Shown here: piece by piece, positions 50,092-58,922 of the stretch
Layout of the letters: the number at the start of each line of letters is the position of its first letter
How positions within the stretch are numbered: position 1 is the first letter of the stretch
Assembly: GCA_963675755.2 (NCBI GenBank)
Contig: CAXXMD010000003.1
Coordinates: 2,368,001 to 2,432,000 of the forward strand
Source: a bacterium
GTDB taxonomy: Bacteria > Zhuqueibacterota > Zhuqueibacteria > Residuimicrobiales > Krinioviventaceae
Direction: 5' to 3'
Length of the DNA: 64,000 nucleotides
Program-made: the position numbers and the translations under genes
The notes under the pieces: generated by a model
What the model was told of the DNA's origin: nothing
Seen by the model: the letters and a program-made list of their open reading frames with translations, nothing else
The model's database searches: none

Positions 50092-50135
50092 GTAAGGCCG
50101 TTATCCTCCTGCAGCACCATCCTTAACGGCTTTAC
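50092..50135. other. Intergenic stem-loop with a 20-nt C/T-rich loop
   Basis: GTAAGGCCGTTA / TAACGGCTTTAC stem (one G-U); loop TCCTCCTGCAGCACCATCCT. Confidence 0.6.
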
Positions 50136-50320
50136 ATTGTGTGATGAGACCATTTGACAGTAGTTATCTTGTACATTTATTGCTGTATACGGGTTCTCAT
50201 TTTTGAAATATTTTACTATTACACATAGATCTGTTATTAAAAGTTTTCCCTCTTGAAATTGAGGGGGCTATCCTGTTGATTGCAGAGTAAGAGGTATTAA
50301 CCAAAATTTGGGAGTCGTTC

Positions 50321-51550
50321 ATGTCAAAGAAATGGAAAATCGTTCTGGCAATCCTTCTTTTAGTGCTTGTTGGATTTATGATGTTTTTCATGATGAATAA
50401 AAAGCGGGGAAAATCGTTTGATGTAACTACAGTCACCGTTCAACAAGGTGATATTACAAAAACGGTATCAGGGTCCGGGTTTATTCAGCCGGAAGTGGAT
50501 GTTCAAATCTCGGCGCGTATTTCTGCTGAAATCATAAGAATTCATGTAGAAGAAGGTGATACTGTACGAAAAGGACAGTTGCTGGTTGAACTTGATCGTG
50601 AACGATATCTTGCCCAGGTCGAACAGGCGGAATCCGGGGTTTTATCTGCAAAAGCATCTCTGAAAAAAACAAAGGCTGATTATAACCGAATTAAAGATTT
50701 GTATGACCAAAAACTGACTTCCAAATCTGAACTCGATGCTGCTGAAGCCAGTATGCTATTGGCCCAAAGTGATGTAAAAATCAGTTCAGCCTCTTTAAAA
50801 CAATCTCAAGATTATCTTGCCAAAACCAGTTTGCTGGCTCCCATGAATGGTGTTGTAACCAAGCTCTATAAAGAAGAAGGTGAAATTGCTGTAGGTTCTG
50901 AATTTAATGCTGACCCGGTAATTACAGTTTCTGATTTGAGCAAGATGGAAGTGTTGGCCGAAATCGATGAAAATGATGTGGTAATGTTGGAATTGCATGA
51001 TGAAACCAAGATCGAAATTGATGCGATTCCGGATACACTGTTTGAAGGTAAAGTGTCTGAAATTGCTCATGAAGCTACCACAAGAGGACGCGGTACCCAG
51101 GAACAGGTAACAAACTTTGAAGTAAAAATTGCGGTTACAGACCAGGTTGATAAACTTAGACCCGGTATGACTGCAACTGTAGACATTAGCACCGATACCC
51201 ACAAAGATGTATTGTTTATCCCCATTCAGTGTGTAACCATGAAAAATGTTCCCAATGATACTACAAAAACTGATGGTAATGAAAAAGATTCTGCGGACAA
51301 AAAGAAAGCCGGAAAAGACGATGGCGAGATGCAGGAAGCCGTTTTTGTTGTAAGGGATGATAAAGTAGAAATTGTTGGTGTGGAAACCGGAATTAGTGAT
51401 GATACCTATATCGAGATATTATCCGGCCTTGAAAAAGGGGAGACAGTGGTTTCTGGCAGCTATAAAGCAATTTCTCAGGAGCTTAAAGATGGCAGTTTGG
51501 TTAACACAAAACCTGACAAAAGCTTTAAAGTCGAAGAAAAATCAGAATAA
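50321..51550 (+). CDS. MacA/YknX-like periplasmic adaptor
   Basis: N-terminal TM; VEEGDTVRKGQLL; APMNGVV; LRPGMTA. Confidence 0.92.
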   Translation: MSKKWKIVLAILLLVLVGFMMFFMMNKKRGKSFDVTTVTVQQGDITKTVSGSGFIQPEVDVQISARISAEIIRIHVEEGDTVRKGQLLVELDRERYLAQVEQAESGVLSAKASLKKTKADYNRIKDLYDQKLTSKSELDAAEASMLLAQSDVKISSASLKQSQDYLAKTSLLAPMNGVVTKLYKEEGEIAVGSEFNADPVITVSDLSKMEVLAEIDENDVVMLELHDETKIEIDAIPDTLFEGKVSEIAHEATTRGRGTQEQVTNFEVKIAVTDQVDKLRPGMTATVDISTDTHKDVLFIPIQCVTMKNVPNDTTKTDGNEKDSADKKKAGKDDGEMQEAVFVVRDDKVEIVGVETGISDDTYIEILSGLEKGETVVSGSYKAISQELKDGSLVNTKPDKSFKVEEKSE

Positions 51551-51565
51551 GAAAGGAAGGGCAGG

Positions 51566-52249
51566 ATGTTAATCAGTCTCGATAAAATTGAAAAAACCTA
51601 TGAAATTGGTGGTATGGTTCGGGTGCCGGCTCTCAAGAGTGTTAATTTAACTATTGCTCAGAATGAATATGTAGCCATTATGGGCCCTTCCGGTTCCGGG
51701 AAATCTACTTTGATGAATATTTTAGGTTGTTTAGACACCCCAACAAGTGGTGATTATATTTTGAATAACAGCAATGTTAGTGAAATGATAGATGATGAGC
51801 TGGCAGAGATCCGCAACAGGGAAATTGGGTTTGTTTTTCAGACCTTTAATCTATTACCTCGTGCAAACGCATTGCATAATGTTGAATTACCCCTGATTTA
51901 TAATGGAACCCCCGCAGCTCAACGTAAAAAATTGGCAGAGCAGGCTTTGTCTCGAGTGGGGCTTGAAGATCGAATGCATCACAAACCTAATGAACTTTCA
52001 GGTGGTCAGCGGCAGCGTGTTGCTATTGCCAGAGCATTGGTAAACAATCCATCGATCATTCTTGCGGATGAGCCAACAGGTAACCTTGACAGCCGTACAG
52101 GTGAAGAAATTATGGAAATTTTTGAAGACCTGCACGATGCCGGTAATACCATTGTGCTTGTTACGCATGAAGAATACATTGCAGAGCATTCTGACCGTAT
52201 TATCCGCTTGCGTGACGGATTAATTGAACGTGATGAAGCTGTAAACTAA
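51566..52249 (+). CDS. ABC ATPase (MacB/YknY-like)
   Basis: [28 protein letters not shown]. Confidence 0.95.
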   Translation: MLISLDKIEKTYEIGGMVRVPALKSVNLTIAQNEYVAIMGPSGSGKSTLMNILGCLDTPTSGDYILNNSNVSEMIDDELAEIRNREIGFVFQTFNLLPRANALHNVELPLIYNGTPAAQRKKLAEQALSRVGLEDRMHHKPNELSGGQRQRVAIARALVNNPSIILADEPTGNLDSRTGEEIMEIFEDLHDAGNTIVLVTHEEYIAEHSDRIIRLRDGLIERDEAVN

Positions 52250-52259
52250 TAGGCAGATT

Positions 52260-53498
52260 ATGAAGAGATTTTTCCTATACATAGGTGAAGGTGTTAAAAT
52301 TGCATTTGAGGCACTACGATCTTACAAGCTGCGATCAATATTAACGACAATTGGTATTGTGATTGGTGTAACTACGGTAGTGTCTATTGTAGCCCTGATT
52401 GAAGGGTTGAATAATTCTTTTGAAGACCAAATTTCTGCTATTGGTACAGATACTTTGTTTATTGACAAGTATCCCTGGGTTATAACCAGTAATGCTGAAT
52501 GGTGGACCTTTCGCAATCGTCCCAATATTCCTGTGGATTTTGCCAATAGAGTTAAAGAATTGGCAAGTCTTGCCAAGGCAGTGGCTCCAACATTATATAC
52601 ACGACGCACTGTCAAGTTCAAAGATCGTGAAAGTGAAAATGTTCTCATAATTGGTACCAATCAAGATTACATGTATACTTCTAATGTTTATCCTGAAATT
52701 GGTCGGTTCATGTCCGAAACTGATGTAAGCCACCGGCGCAAGGTTTGTGTTCTAGGCTGGGATGTGTATGAAGCGCTGTTCCCCAAAGAACCTCCCATTG
52801 GCAAACGTATCAATATAGGTGGCAGGAAATACAAGGTAATTGGTGTTGTTGAAAAAAAGGGTTCCTTTTTTGGTGATAGCATGGATTCGAATGTATTAAT
52901 ACCTGTAGAGAATTTTACATCAGCATTTGGGATGCGCTGGCGCTCAACGGGGATTGAAGTCAAAGTAAAATCACCGGAATTGATGTCTGAAGCTGAAACA
53001 GAGTTGATTGGTATTATGCGTCGTTTGCGTGGATTGAAAGCAAATGAAGACAATGATTTTAATATCAATACACAAAGTATGCTCATGGATACTTATAATA
53101 ATCTTACCCGGGTATTAAAAATTGTTGCGGTGGGTGTAGGTTCAATCTCATTGCTGGTAGGTGGTATTGGTATTATGAATATTTTACTGGTATCTGTAAC
53201 AGAGCGTACCCGTGAAATTGGCATTCGAAAAGCGCTTGGCGCTAAACGTTTTGATATTATGCTTCAGTTTCTAATTGAATCGTTAATGATTTGTGCATTG
53301 GGTGTGTTAATTGGAATTGGTATTGCCGTAGGGGTGGCCAAGATGGTGTCGGCTGCTACACCTTTGACGGCAGCAATTACAATGACTGTTGCGTTTCTGG
53401 GAGTAGGTTTTGTATTTGTTATTGGATTATTTTTCGGTATTTATCCGGCATTCAAGGCTTCAAAACTGAATCCTATTGAAGCATTGCGTTATGAATAA
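52260..53498 (+). CDS. MacB/YknZ-like ABC permease
   Basis: KLRSILTTIGIVIGV; GGIGIMNILLVSVTERTREIGIRKALGA; NPIEALRYE. Confidence 0.95.
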   Translation: MKRFFLYIGEGVKIAFEALRSYKLRSILTTIGIVIGVTTVVSIVALIEGLNNSFEDQISAIGTDTLFIDKYPWVITSNAEWWTFRNRPNIPVDFANRVKELASLAKAVAPTLYTRRTVKFKDRESENVLIIGTNQDYMYTSNVYPEIGRFMSETDVSHRRKVCVLGWDVYEALFPKEPPIGKRINIGGRKYKVIGVVEKKGSFFGDSMDSNVLIPVENFTSAFGMRWRSTGIEVKVKSPELMSEAETELIGIMRRLRGLKANEDNDFNINTQSMLMDTYNNLTRVLKIVAVGVGSISLLVGGIGIMNILLVSVTERTREIGIRKALGAKRFDIMLQFLIESLMICALGVLIGIGIAVGVAKMVSAATPLTAAITMTVAFLGVGFVFVIGLFFGIYPAFKASKLNPIEALRYE

Positions 53499-53513
53499 TT
53501 GATTGGAATTAAT

Positions 53514-54734
53514 ATGCATTTTGGTGAAAGTTTAAATATATCAGTTACCGCAATTATGACCAATAAGCTTCGATCGGCTTTAACGCTATTGGGTGTGATT
53601 ATTGGTGTAATGACCATCATTGCTATGCAGTCTTTGATCACAGGAATGCGTAACAGTGTTAAAAATCAGGCATCCATTTTGAGTTCTGATGTGTTCCAGG
53701 TCCAGAAATTTCCATCTGTTGGTGGTGGTGACTGGCACAAGTATCGTAACCGCAAAGATCTGACACTTGAAGAAGCCCAGGCATTGCGAACACGAATGAC
53801 CGCCGCATTGAATATTGGTGCCGAGGTTTGGACTTTTGGCCAGGAAATACGGCATAAAGATAAAAAAACCCTGCCCATGATGCCTGTTGCGGGTGCTACT
53901 CCTGAGTTTTTAGAACATAATAGCTATAATATTGAAGAAGGTAGATTTATAACTGAACAGGACGTTGAGCGAATTCGCAGAGTAGCTATAATCGGTCAGG
54001 ACATTAAAGAGCGTTTGTTCCCCTATCAATATCCCATTGGTCAGGATATAAAAATACAGGGGGAACGGTTTGAAGTTATTGGTTTGCTGGAAAAGACAGG
54101 CAGTATCTTTGGAGAGACACGTGATAATCGTGTGATCATTCCCATTACCCGGTTTCAAAAAGTATTTGGTAAAGAGCGGTCTTTGAATTTTACAGTTAAA
54201 GCCAAAGGCCCAGAAATGTATCAGACAGCGATGGACCAGGCTGTTGGTATATTACGTACCGTTCGCAAAGTACCCCCTGGTGAGGAAAATGATTTTGAAA
54301 TTCGTACAAACGAACAGTTTATGGAATTTTTTGATCAATTAACGGGTAGTGTAAAAATAGTCGCCATTGCCATTGCTTCGATATCCCTGTTGGTAGCGGG
54401 AGTTGGTATTATGAATATAATGCTGGTTTCTGTGACCGAACGTACCAAAGAAATTGGAATACGAAAATCCCTCGGAGCAAAGAAAAGAGATGTATTATGG
54501 CAATTTTTAATTGAAGCCGTAATTCTTACAGAGATTGGCGGTATTATGGGTGTACTTGTGGGATTAGGTATTGGAATGGTTGTCAAGATGGCAACACATA
54601 TACCAGCCGCTGTACCTATATGGACGGTTATACTGGGCCTGGGATTTTGTTCTTTCGTTGGAATCATTTTTGGTGTGTACCCGGCAACCAAAGCCGCGCG
54701 TATGGACCCTATTACAGCATTAAGATATGAATGA
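53514..54734 (+). CDS. MacB/YknZ-like ABC permease (paralogue)
   Basis: KLRSALTLLGVIIGV; GIMNIMLVSVTERTKEIG; DPITALRYE. Confidence 0.95.
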   Translation: MHFGESLNISVTAIMTNKLRSALTLLGVIIGVMTIIAMQSLITGMRNSVKNQASILSSDVFQVQKFPSVGGGDWHKYRNRKDLTLEEAQALRTRMTAALNIGAEVWTFGQEIRHKDKKTLPMMPVAGATPEFLEHNSYNIEEGRFITEQDVERIRRVAIIGQDIKERLFPYQYPIGQDIKIQGERFEVIGLLEKTGSIFGETRDNRVIIPITRFQKVFGKERSLNFTVKAKGPEMYQTAMDQAVGILRTVRKVPPGEENDFEIRTNEQFMEFFDQLTGSVKIVAIAIASISLLVAGVGIMNIMLVSVTERTKEIGIRKSLGAKKRDVLWQFLIEAVILTEIGGIMGVLVGLGIGMVVKMATHIPAAVPIWTVILGLGFCSFVGIIFGVYPATKAARMDPITALRYE

Positions 54735-54756
54735 TCTTAAAAATGTGGAGGCTTTT

Positions 54757-55098
54757 ATGAATATCGAAACCCGAATGGAGAAGGATGTTCTTATCCTCGA
54801 GTTGGAAGGAGACCTGATGGCCGGTCACGAGTCTGAGCAGCTTCGCCAGGTTGTAGACCAGTCTTTAAAGGATGAAAAGGTGAACGTTGTTGCAGACATG
54901 AGTAAAGTTACCTGGATGAACAGTTCAGGACTGGGGATGTTGATCAGCGCGTTGACCAGCCTCCGCGGTAGTGGTGGAGATTTGAGGTTGGCAAATCTTT
55001 CTGAGAAAATTAAACGTCCTATTAAAATTACCAAACTGGATAAAGTATTTCTCGATTTTGAATCGGTAGACCAGGCTGTAGATAGTTATTCGGAATAA
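54757..55098 (+). CDS. STAS-domain anti-sigma-factor antagonist
   Basis: DMSKVTWMNSSGLGML phospho-Ser motif; GGAGG RBS before 54757. Confidence 0.9.
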   Translation: MNIETRMEKDVLILELEGDLMAGHESEQLRQVVDQSLKDEKVNVVADMSKVTWMNSSGLGMLISALTSLRGSGGDLRLANLSEKIKRPIKITKLDKVFLDFESVDQAVDSYSE

Positions 55099-55149
55099 TC
55101 ATAACCCTTTGTTTCTTCACCAAAGACTGATTTAGTCAAGGAGATTTGT

Positions 55150-55722
55150 ATGTCTCAATATGATAGAAATACAGTACTGCAGAAGCTCAATAATGGTGAA
55201 TCCCTGAGTGGTTCTGATTTGTCTGGTGTGGATTTATCATACGAAACATTAAAAGGGGTGGACCTGTCGCAATGTAATTTAGAAAAAGCACATTTGCAAA
55301 ATGCCAATCTTGAAGGCGCAAACCTGAGCGGTTCTAAATTAAATGAAGCGTTTATGTTTGGCTGCAATTTGTTTAAGGCAAATCTGGATGGTGCGGTTTT
55401 GGATGAATCCAATATGCAGGACAGTAATCTGGATTCGGTTAGCGCCAAAGGAGCCAGCTTTTATCATGTAGCGTTGCTTGGCTCTAGTATGGAAAACGCG
55501 GATTTTAGCAATGCAAGTTTGTTGAAATCTCGCATGAAACGAGCCAGTCTGAAAAACAGCAGATTTGACAATGCCAATCTTGAACAGGCACAGCTTGTGA
55601 GGAGCGACTTGTCCGGAGCCAGTTTTGTGAATGCTGTTTTAAAAGATGTTACAATGACCAATGCAAATGTTGAAAATACGGATTTTACCGGGGCAGATAC
55701 CAGCGGGGCTTCCGGACTTTGA
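55150..55722 (+). CDS. Pentapeptide repeat protein
   Basis: A(N/D)LxG-type repeats throughout. Confidence 0.92.
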   Translation: MSQYDRNTVLQKLNNGESLSGSDLSGVDLSYETLKGVDLSQCNLEKAHLQNANLEGANLSGSKLNEAFMFGCNLFKANLDGAVLDESNMQDSNLDSVSAKGASFYHVALLGSSMENADFSNASLLKSRMKRASLKNSRFDNANLEQAQLVRSDLSGASFVNAVLKDVTMTNANVENTDFTGADTSGASGL

Positions 55723-55746
55723 TATAAAATATTATAGATTATTGGG

Positions 55747-55777
55747 AGGGCCGTTTATTTCAAATGGCCCTTTTTTT
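55747..55777 (+). terminator. Intrinsic terminator
   Basis: AGGGCCGTTT-ATTTC-AAATGGCCCT plus T-tract. Confidence 0.75.
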
Positions 55778-55852
55778 ATTGCTAGAAATATATTGATTCT
55801 GTCACCACTTCTTTGTATTTTGGTCTTGATTTATTTTATGCAGGAGAGAAAA

Positions 55853-56830
55853 TTGCCGGAACAATCTCGTTTTGACCAGTTAAAGACAAGAGTGGTTGAA
55901 CATTTACAAACATTTCTTGATAAAAAAGAACCCGTGTTATTATATGAGCCTATTACCTATACCATGTCTGCAGGTGGCAAACGTTTACGTCCGGTAATGA
56001 CATTGATTGCGTGTGAAGCTGTGGGTGGAACCGTTAATGACGCTCTCGATGCCGCAGCAGCTCTGGAATTTTTGCATAATTTTACACTCATCCATGATGA
56101 TATTATGGACGATGATGATATGCGCAGGGGCCGTGAAACTGTTCATAAAAAATGGGATGAGAATGTAGCTATTCTTTCCGGTGACGCCTTGCTGGTTATT
56201 GCGTACAAAGCAATTTCTCAATGTAATCCTGAAAAACTGCCCGTTGTGATCGATTATTTTTCAAACGGTATACTCAAGGTTTGTGAAGGGCAAACCTATG
56301 ATAAAGAGTTTGAAACACGTGAATCGGTTACTTTGAGCGAATATTTTGACATGATAGATAAAAAGACAGCAGAACTTTTTGCTGTTTCATGCGCAATTGG
56401 TGCTACATTGGGTAATGGAACTGATGAGCAGGTTGCTGCTTTGAGATTGTATGGTATGAAGCTGGGACGCGCTTTTCAGATACAGGATGATCTGTTGGAT
56501 GTAACCGCAGATCAGGATGTATTGGGTAAAGACATTGGCAGCGATATTGAAGAAAATAAAAAAACGTTTCTGGTTTCACATGCATTGGAACATGCAGTGC
56601 CTGATGAAAAAGAGAAATTAAAATTATTGTTGCAAAAAGGTAAAATTACCAGCCAGGATGTATCTGATGTGATTGATATTTTTGAACATGCAGGTACAAT
56701 TCAAGCGGCCCGGGACATAATTTCCGAATGTATTAAAGACGCCCGAACCGCTTTACAATCGTTTGATGAGAGTGATGCAAAAAATCAGTTATTGCTATTG
56801 CTTGAAATGATTGAAAAACGCAATTCCTGA
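55853..56830 (+). CDS. Short-chain polyprenyl diphosphate synthase (GGPP/FPP synthase)
   Basis: GGKRLRP, FTLIHDDIMD..RRG, KTA, FQIQDDLLD; start TTG 55853 (AGGAG RBS) or ATG 55838. Confidence 0.92.
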   Translation: MPEQSRFDQLKTRVVEHLQTFLDKKEPVLLYEPITYTMSAGGKRLRPVMTLIACEAVGGTVNDALDAAAALEFLHNFTLIHDDIMDDDDMRRGRETVHKKWDENVAILSGDALLVIAYKAISQCNPEKLPVVIDYFSNGILKVCEGQTYDKEFETRESVTLSEYFDMIDKKTAELFAVSCAIGATLGNGTDEQVAALRLYGMKLGRAFQIQDDLLDVTADQDVLGKDIGSDIEENKKTFLVSHALEHAVPDEKEKLKLLLQKGKITSQDVSDVIDIFEHAGTIQAARDIISECIKDARTALQSFDESDAKNQLLLLLEMIEKRNS

Positions 56831-56838
56831 TTTATTTT

Positions 56839-57330
56839 TTATTCAGCTTTTTTATAAACAAGTGTTTGTTCCCGGTCACCTCGGGGTGTTGTAGATTTGG
56901 ACTCAATAGTCAGCACTTTGCCGCTTTCATTCAACGACCATTTTTCTTCGTTATTGAGTTCAAAATCATTTCCGTTAAAATTCATAGCGATAACGGATGT
57001 AATGATAAGCGTTTTTTTATCTGATGAAAAGGTAACAGTTGATTCCTTGTCACCTCTGAACCATTCGTTTGTGCATTTTTTACCATCCAGGGTCAGAGTT
57101 TCGGTCATTTTTCTTTCTTCACCGTCTCTGCCTGTGGAAACGCATTCTATCTCGAGCTTTGTTCCGTGATCTACGGTTAACGTTGTTGCGGCCATTCCGC
57201 CTCTTCGTCCTTCACCCAAATCACTTTTGTCTTTGTCCAAAGTCCAGGTACCGGTAAAGTTGGGTTGGGCAAAAACAGATACAGTCAAGACTACTGTGAA
57301 AATAAAAATAGTTTTTAATGTGTTGTTCAT
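56839..57330 (-). CDS. Exported lipocalin-like beta-barrel protein
   Basis: Signal peptide; PNFTGTWTLDKDKS; ends LVYKK. Confidence 0.7.
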   Translation of the reverse strand: MNNTLKTIFIFTVVLTVSVFAQPNFTGTWTLDKDKSDLGEGRRGGMAATTLTVDHGTKLEIECVSTGRDGEERKMTETLTLDGKKCTNEWFRGDKESTVTFSSDKKTLIITSVIAMNFNGNDFELNNEEKWSLNESGKVLTIESKSTTPRGDREQTLVYKKAE

Positions 57331-57359
57331 TGTAATCTCCTTTTGTTTGATATATGAAT

Positions 57360-57385
57360 AACGTCTGGATTTTAGATTTGTTCTA
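57360..57385 (-). promoter_or_regulatory. Candidate ECF-sigma promoter
   Basis: Minus strand TAGAAC-N16-CGTT, 29 nt before the ATG at 57330. Confidence 0.45.
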
Positions 57386-57442
57386 AAATTTTATGTTTTA
57401 GTAAATGAATAGATAATTTTGTATATTTAAATTTGGATAAAT

Positions 57443-58585
57443 ATGAAGCATATAATTATTTACATATACCCGCTTTTTATCAACTTGATTGTTGGTGTGT
57501 TAATGTTTGTTGGTCCTATGCGGGCTTCGGAACAGGGTGCCAGCTTAACAGCCATATCACTAATGTTGACCAATTATGGTGTGGGTTATATTGTGTTTTC
57601 ATTGCTGATGGGACGTGTTGTTAAAGACCATCTGGCAAAGATTCAGGTAATGGTTGCTGCCTTTGCTGTTGCGGTTATGTGTTTTGTACTGGGATTTATT
57701 GACCAGGTAGTTTGGGTAATTGTAATTTATACGTTCATTCCCTTGTGGACCTCACTTTTTTTCAACGCATTCCAGTCGTACATGAAACATGTCCAGATTC
57801 AAAATGAAAAACCAATGGCGTATTCTATATCTTCATATCTGGCTGCATTGGCAGTAGGATTTGCTTTAGGTTCCATGTTGAGTGGCACTATACGTGAGTA
57901 TATGTCCTGGAATGCCGCATATTTTACCGCTGGTATTATCGCATTGTCAATTTCGGGTATGGTGTTGTTCATTCGTCCTGAAAATACCGGGAATACTGTA
58001 CAATCGAATGCTACCGTTGTGCCCAAAAGACCGGTTTTAACCTTTGCGGGGTGGAGCGGTTCTTTTTCTGCAATTATTATTATTTCATTGTTCTTGACTA
58101 TATTCCCCAAGCAGTCAGAGTTGTTACAGCTTTCATCATTGCAAAAAGGACTCGTTATTTTTTTGTATAACATTATCCAGGCTGTTGCTGTGCAGTTTTT
58201 ACCAAAAAACTATACATGGCTTTATCAATACAAAAAGGCACCATTGGCGAGTCTATTTGGTATTGTTTGTTTGGTTTTGTTTTTTATAGCTTCCAATGTT
58301 TACGTTATGTATTTGGGCGCTCTTTTCCTGGGTGTTTTTGCAACCATCACCTTTTTTGCCGCGATATTGCACAGTATGGCTGACCTTGAGCATTCTGTAC
58401 GAAATATTGCCATTAATGAAACTGCTGTAGGAACGGGCTTTCTTGTTGGTCCCCAGTTTATACACCTTACTTTGGGTTTTGGCGATTTTCGTGCTGCATT
58501 CCTTAGTGTAGCATTAGGTATAGTTTTGATGATGATTTTTCAATTTATTTATATACGTAATAAAACTCTAAAATTTAATGGTTGA
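57443..58585 (+). CDS. MFS transporter
   Basis: About 12 TM in two halves; GFALGSMLSG, GFLVGP. Confidence 0.75.
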   Translation: MKHIIIYIYPLFINLIVGVLMFVGPMRASEQGASLTAISLMLTNYGVGYIVFSLLMGRVVKDHLAKIQVMVAAFAVAVMCFVLGFIDQVVWVIVIYTFIPLWTSLFFNAFQSYMKHVQIQNEKPMAYSISSYLAALAVGFALGSMLSGTIREYMSWNAAYFTAGIIALSISGMVLFIRPENTGNTVQSNATVVPKRPVLTFAGWSGSFSAIIIISLFLTIFPKQSELLQLSSLQKGLVIFLYNIIQAVAVQFLPKNYTWLYQYKKAPLASLFGIVCLVLFFIASNVYVMYLGALFLGVFATITFFAAILHSMADLEHSVRNIAINETAVGTGFLVGPQFIHLTLGFGDFRAAFLSVALGIVLMMIFQFIYIRNKTLKFNG

Positions 58586-58591
58586 TTGCTT

Positions 58592-58807
58592 ATGCGTCGT
58601 ATTTTATTTTTAGCTTTTTTGGTTATGCTCGCCTATTATATATTTTCCAAAGTGTGGGGACTTTTAATATCCGGCAAGATCTTTGATGAAGGGGCCCTCA
58701 AGGAAGCTTTTAGGGAATCGGGGCAAACTGTATGGTGGTTTATGAAAACGTTTGTTGTTGTATGGCTGATATATCTTGTCTTTGTTTATTTTGCAAGAAA
58801 CCACTAG
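58592..58807 (+). CDS. Small 2-TM membrane protein
   Basis: Two hydrophobic segments; follows the MFS gene directly. Confidence 0.55.
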   Translation: MRRILFLAFLVMLAYYIFSKVWGLLISGKIFDEGALKEAFRESGQTVWWFMKTFVVVWLIYLVFVYFARNH

Positions 58808-58922
58808 TTTTTTTTATTGATTGTGAAAAGACCAACCATAAAGGTGTAAACTAGATTAATTTTTTAATACTATACATCTGTAATACAGCCGGATTCAATC
58901 TTTGACAGTTAGTTACCGAATA

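Noticed and set aside
55150-55722. Qnr quinolone-resistance protein
   Set aside because: Generic pentapeptide repeats; no Qnr-specific loops recognised
55661-55837. N-terminal extension of the polyprenyl synthase ORF
   Set aside because: Overlaps the pentapeptide gene and crosses a terminator; a good RBS lies at 55842-55846
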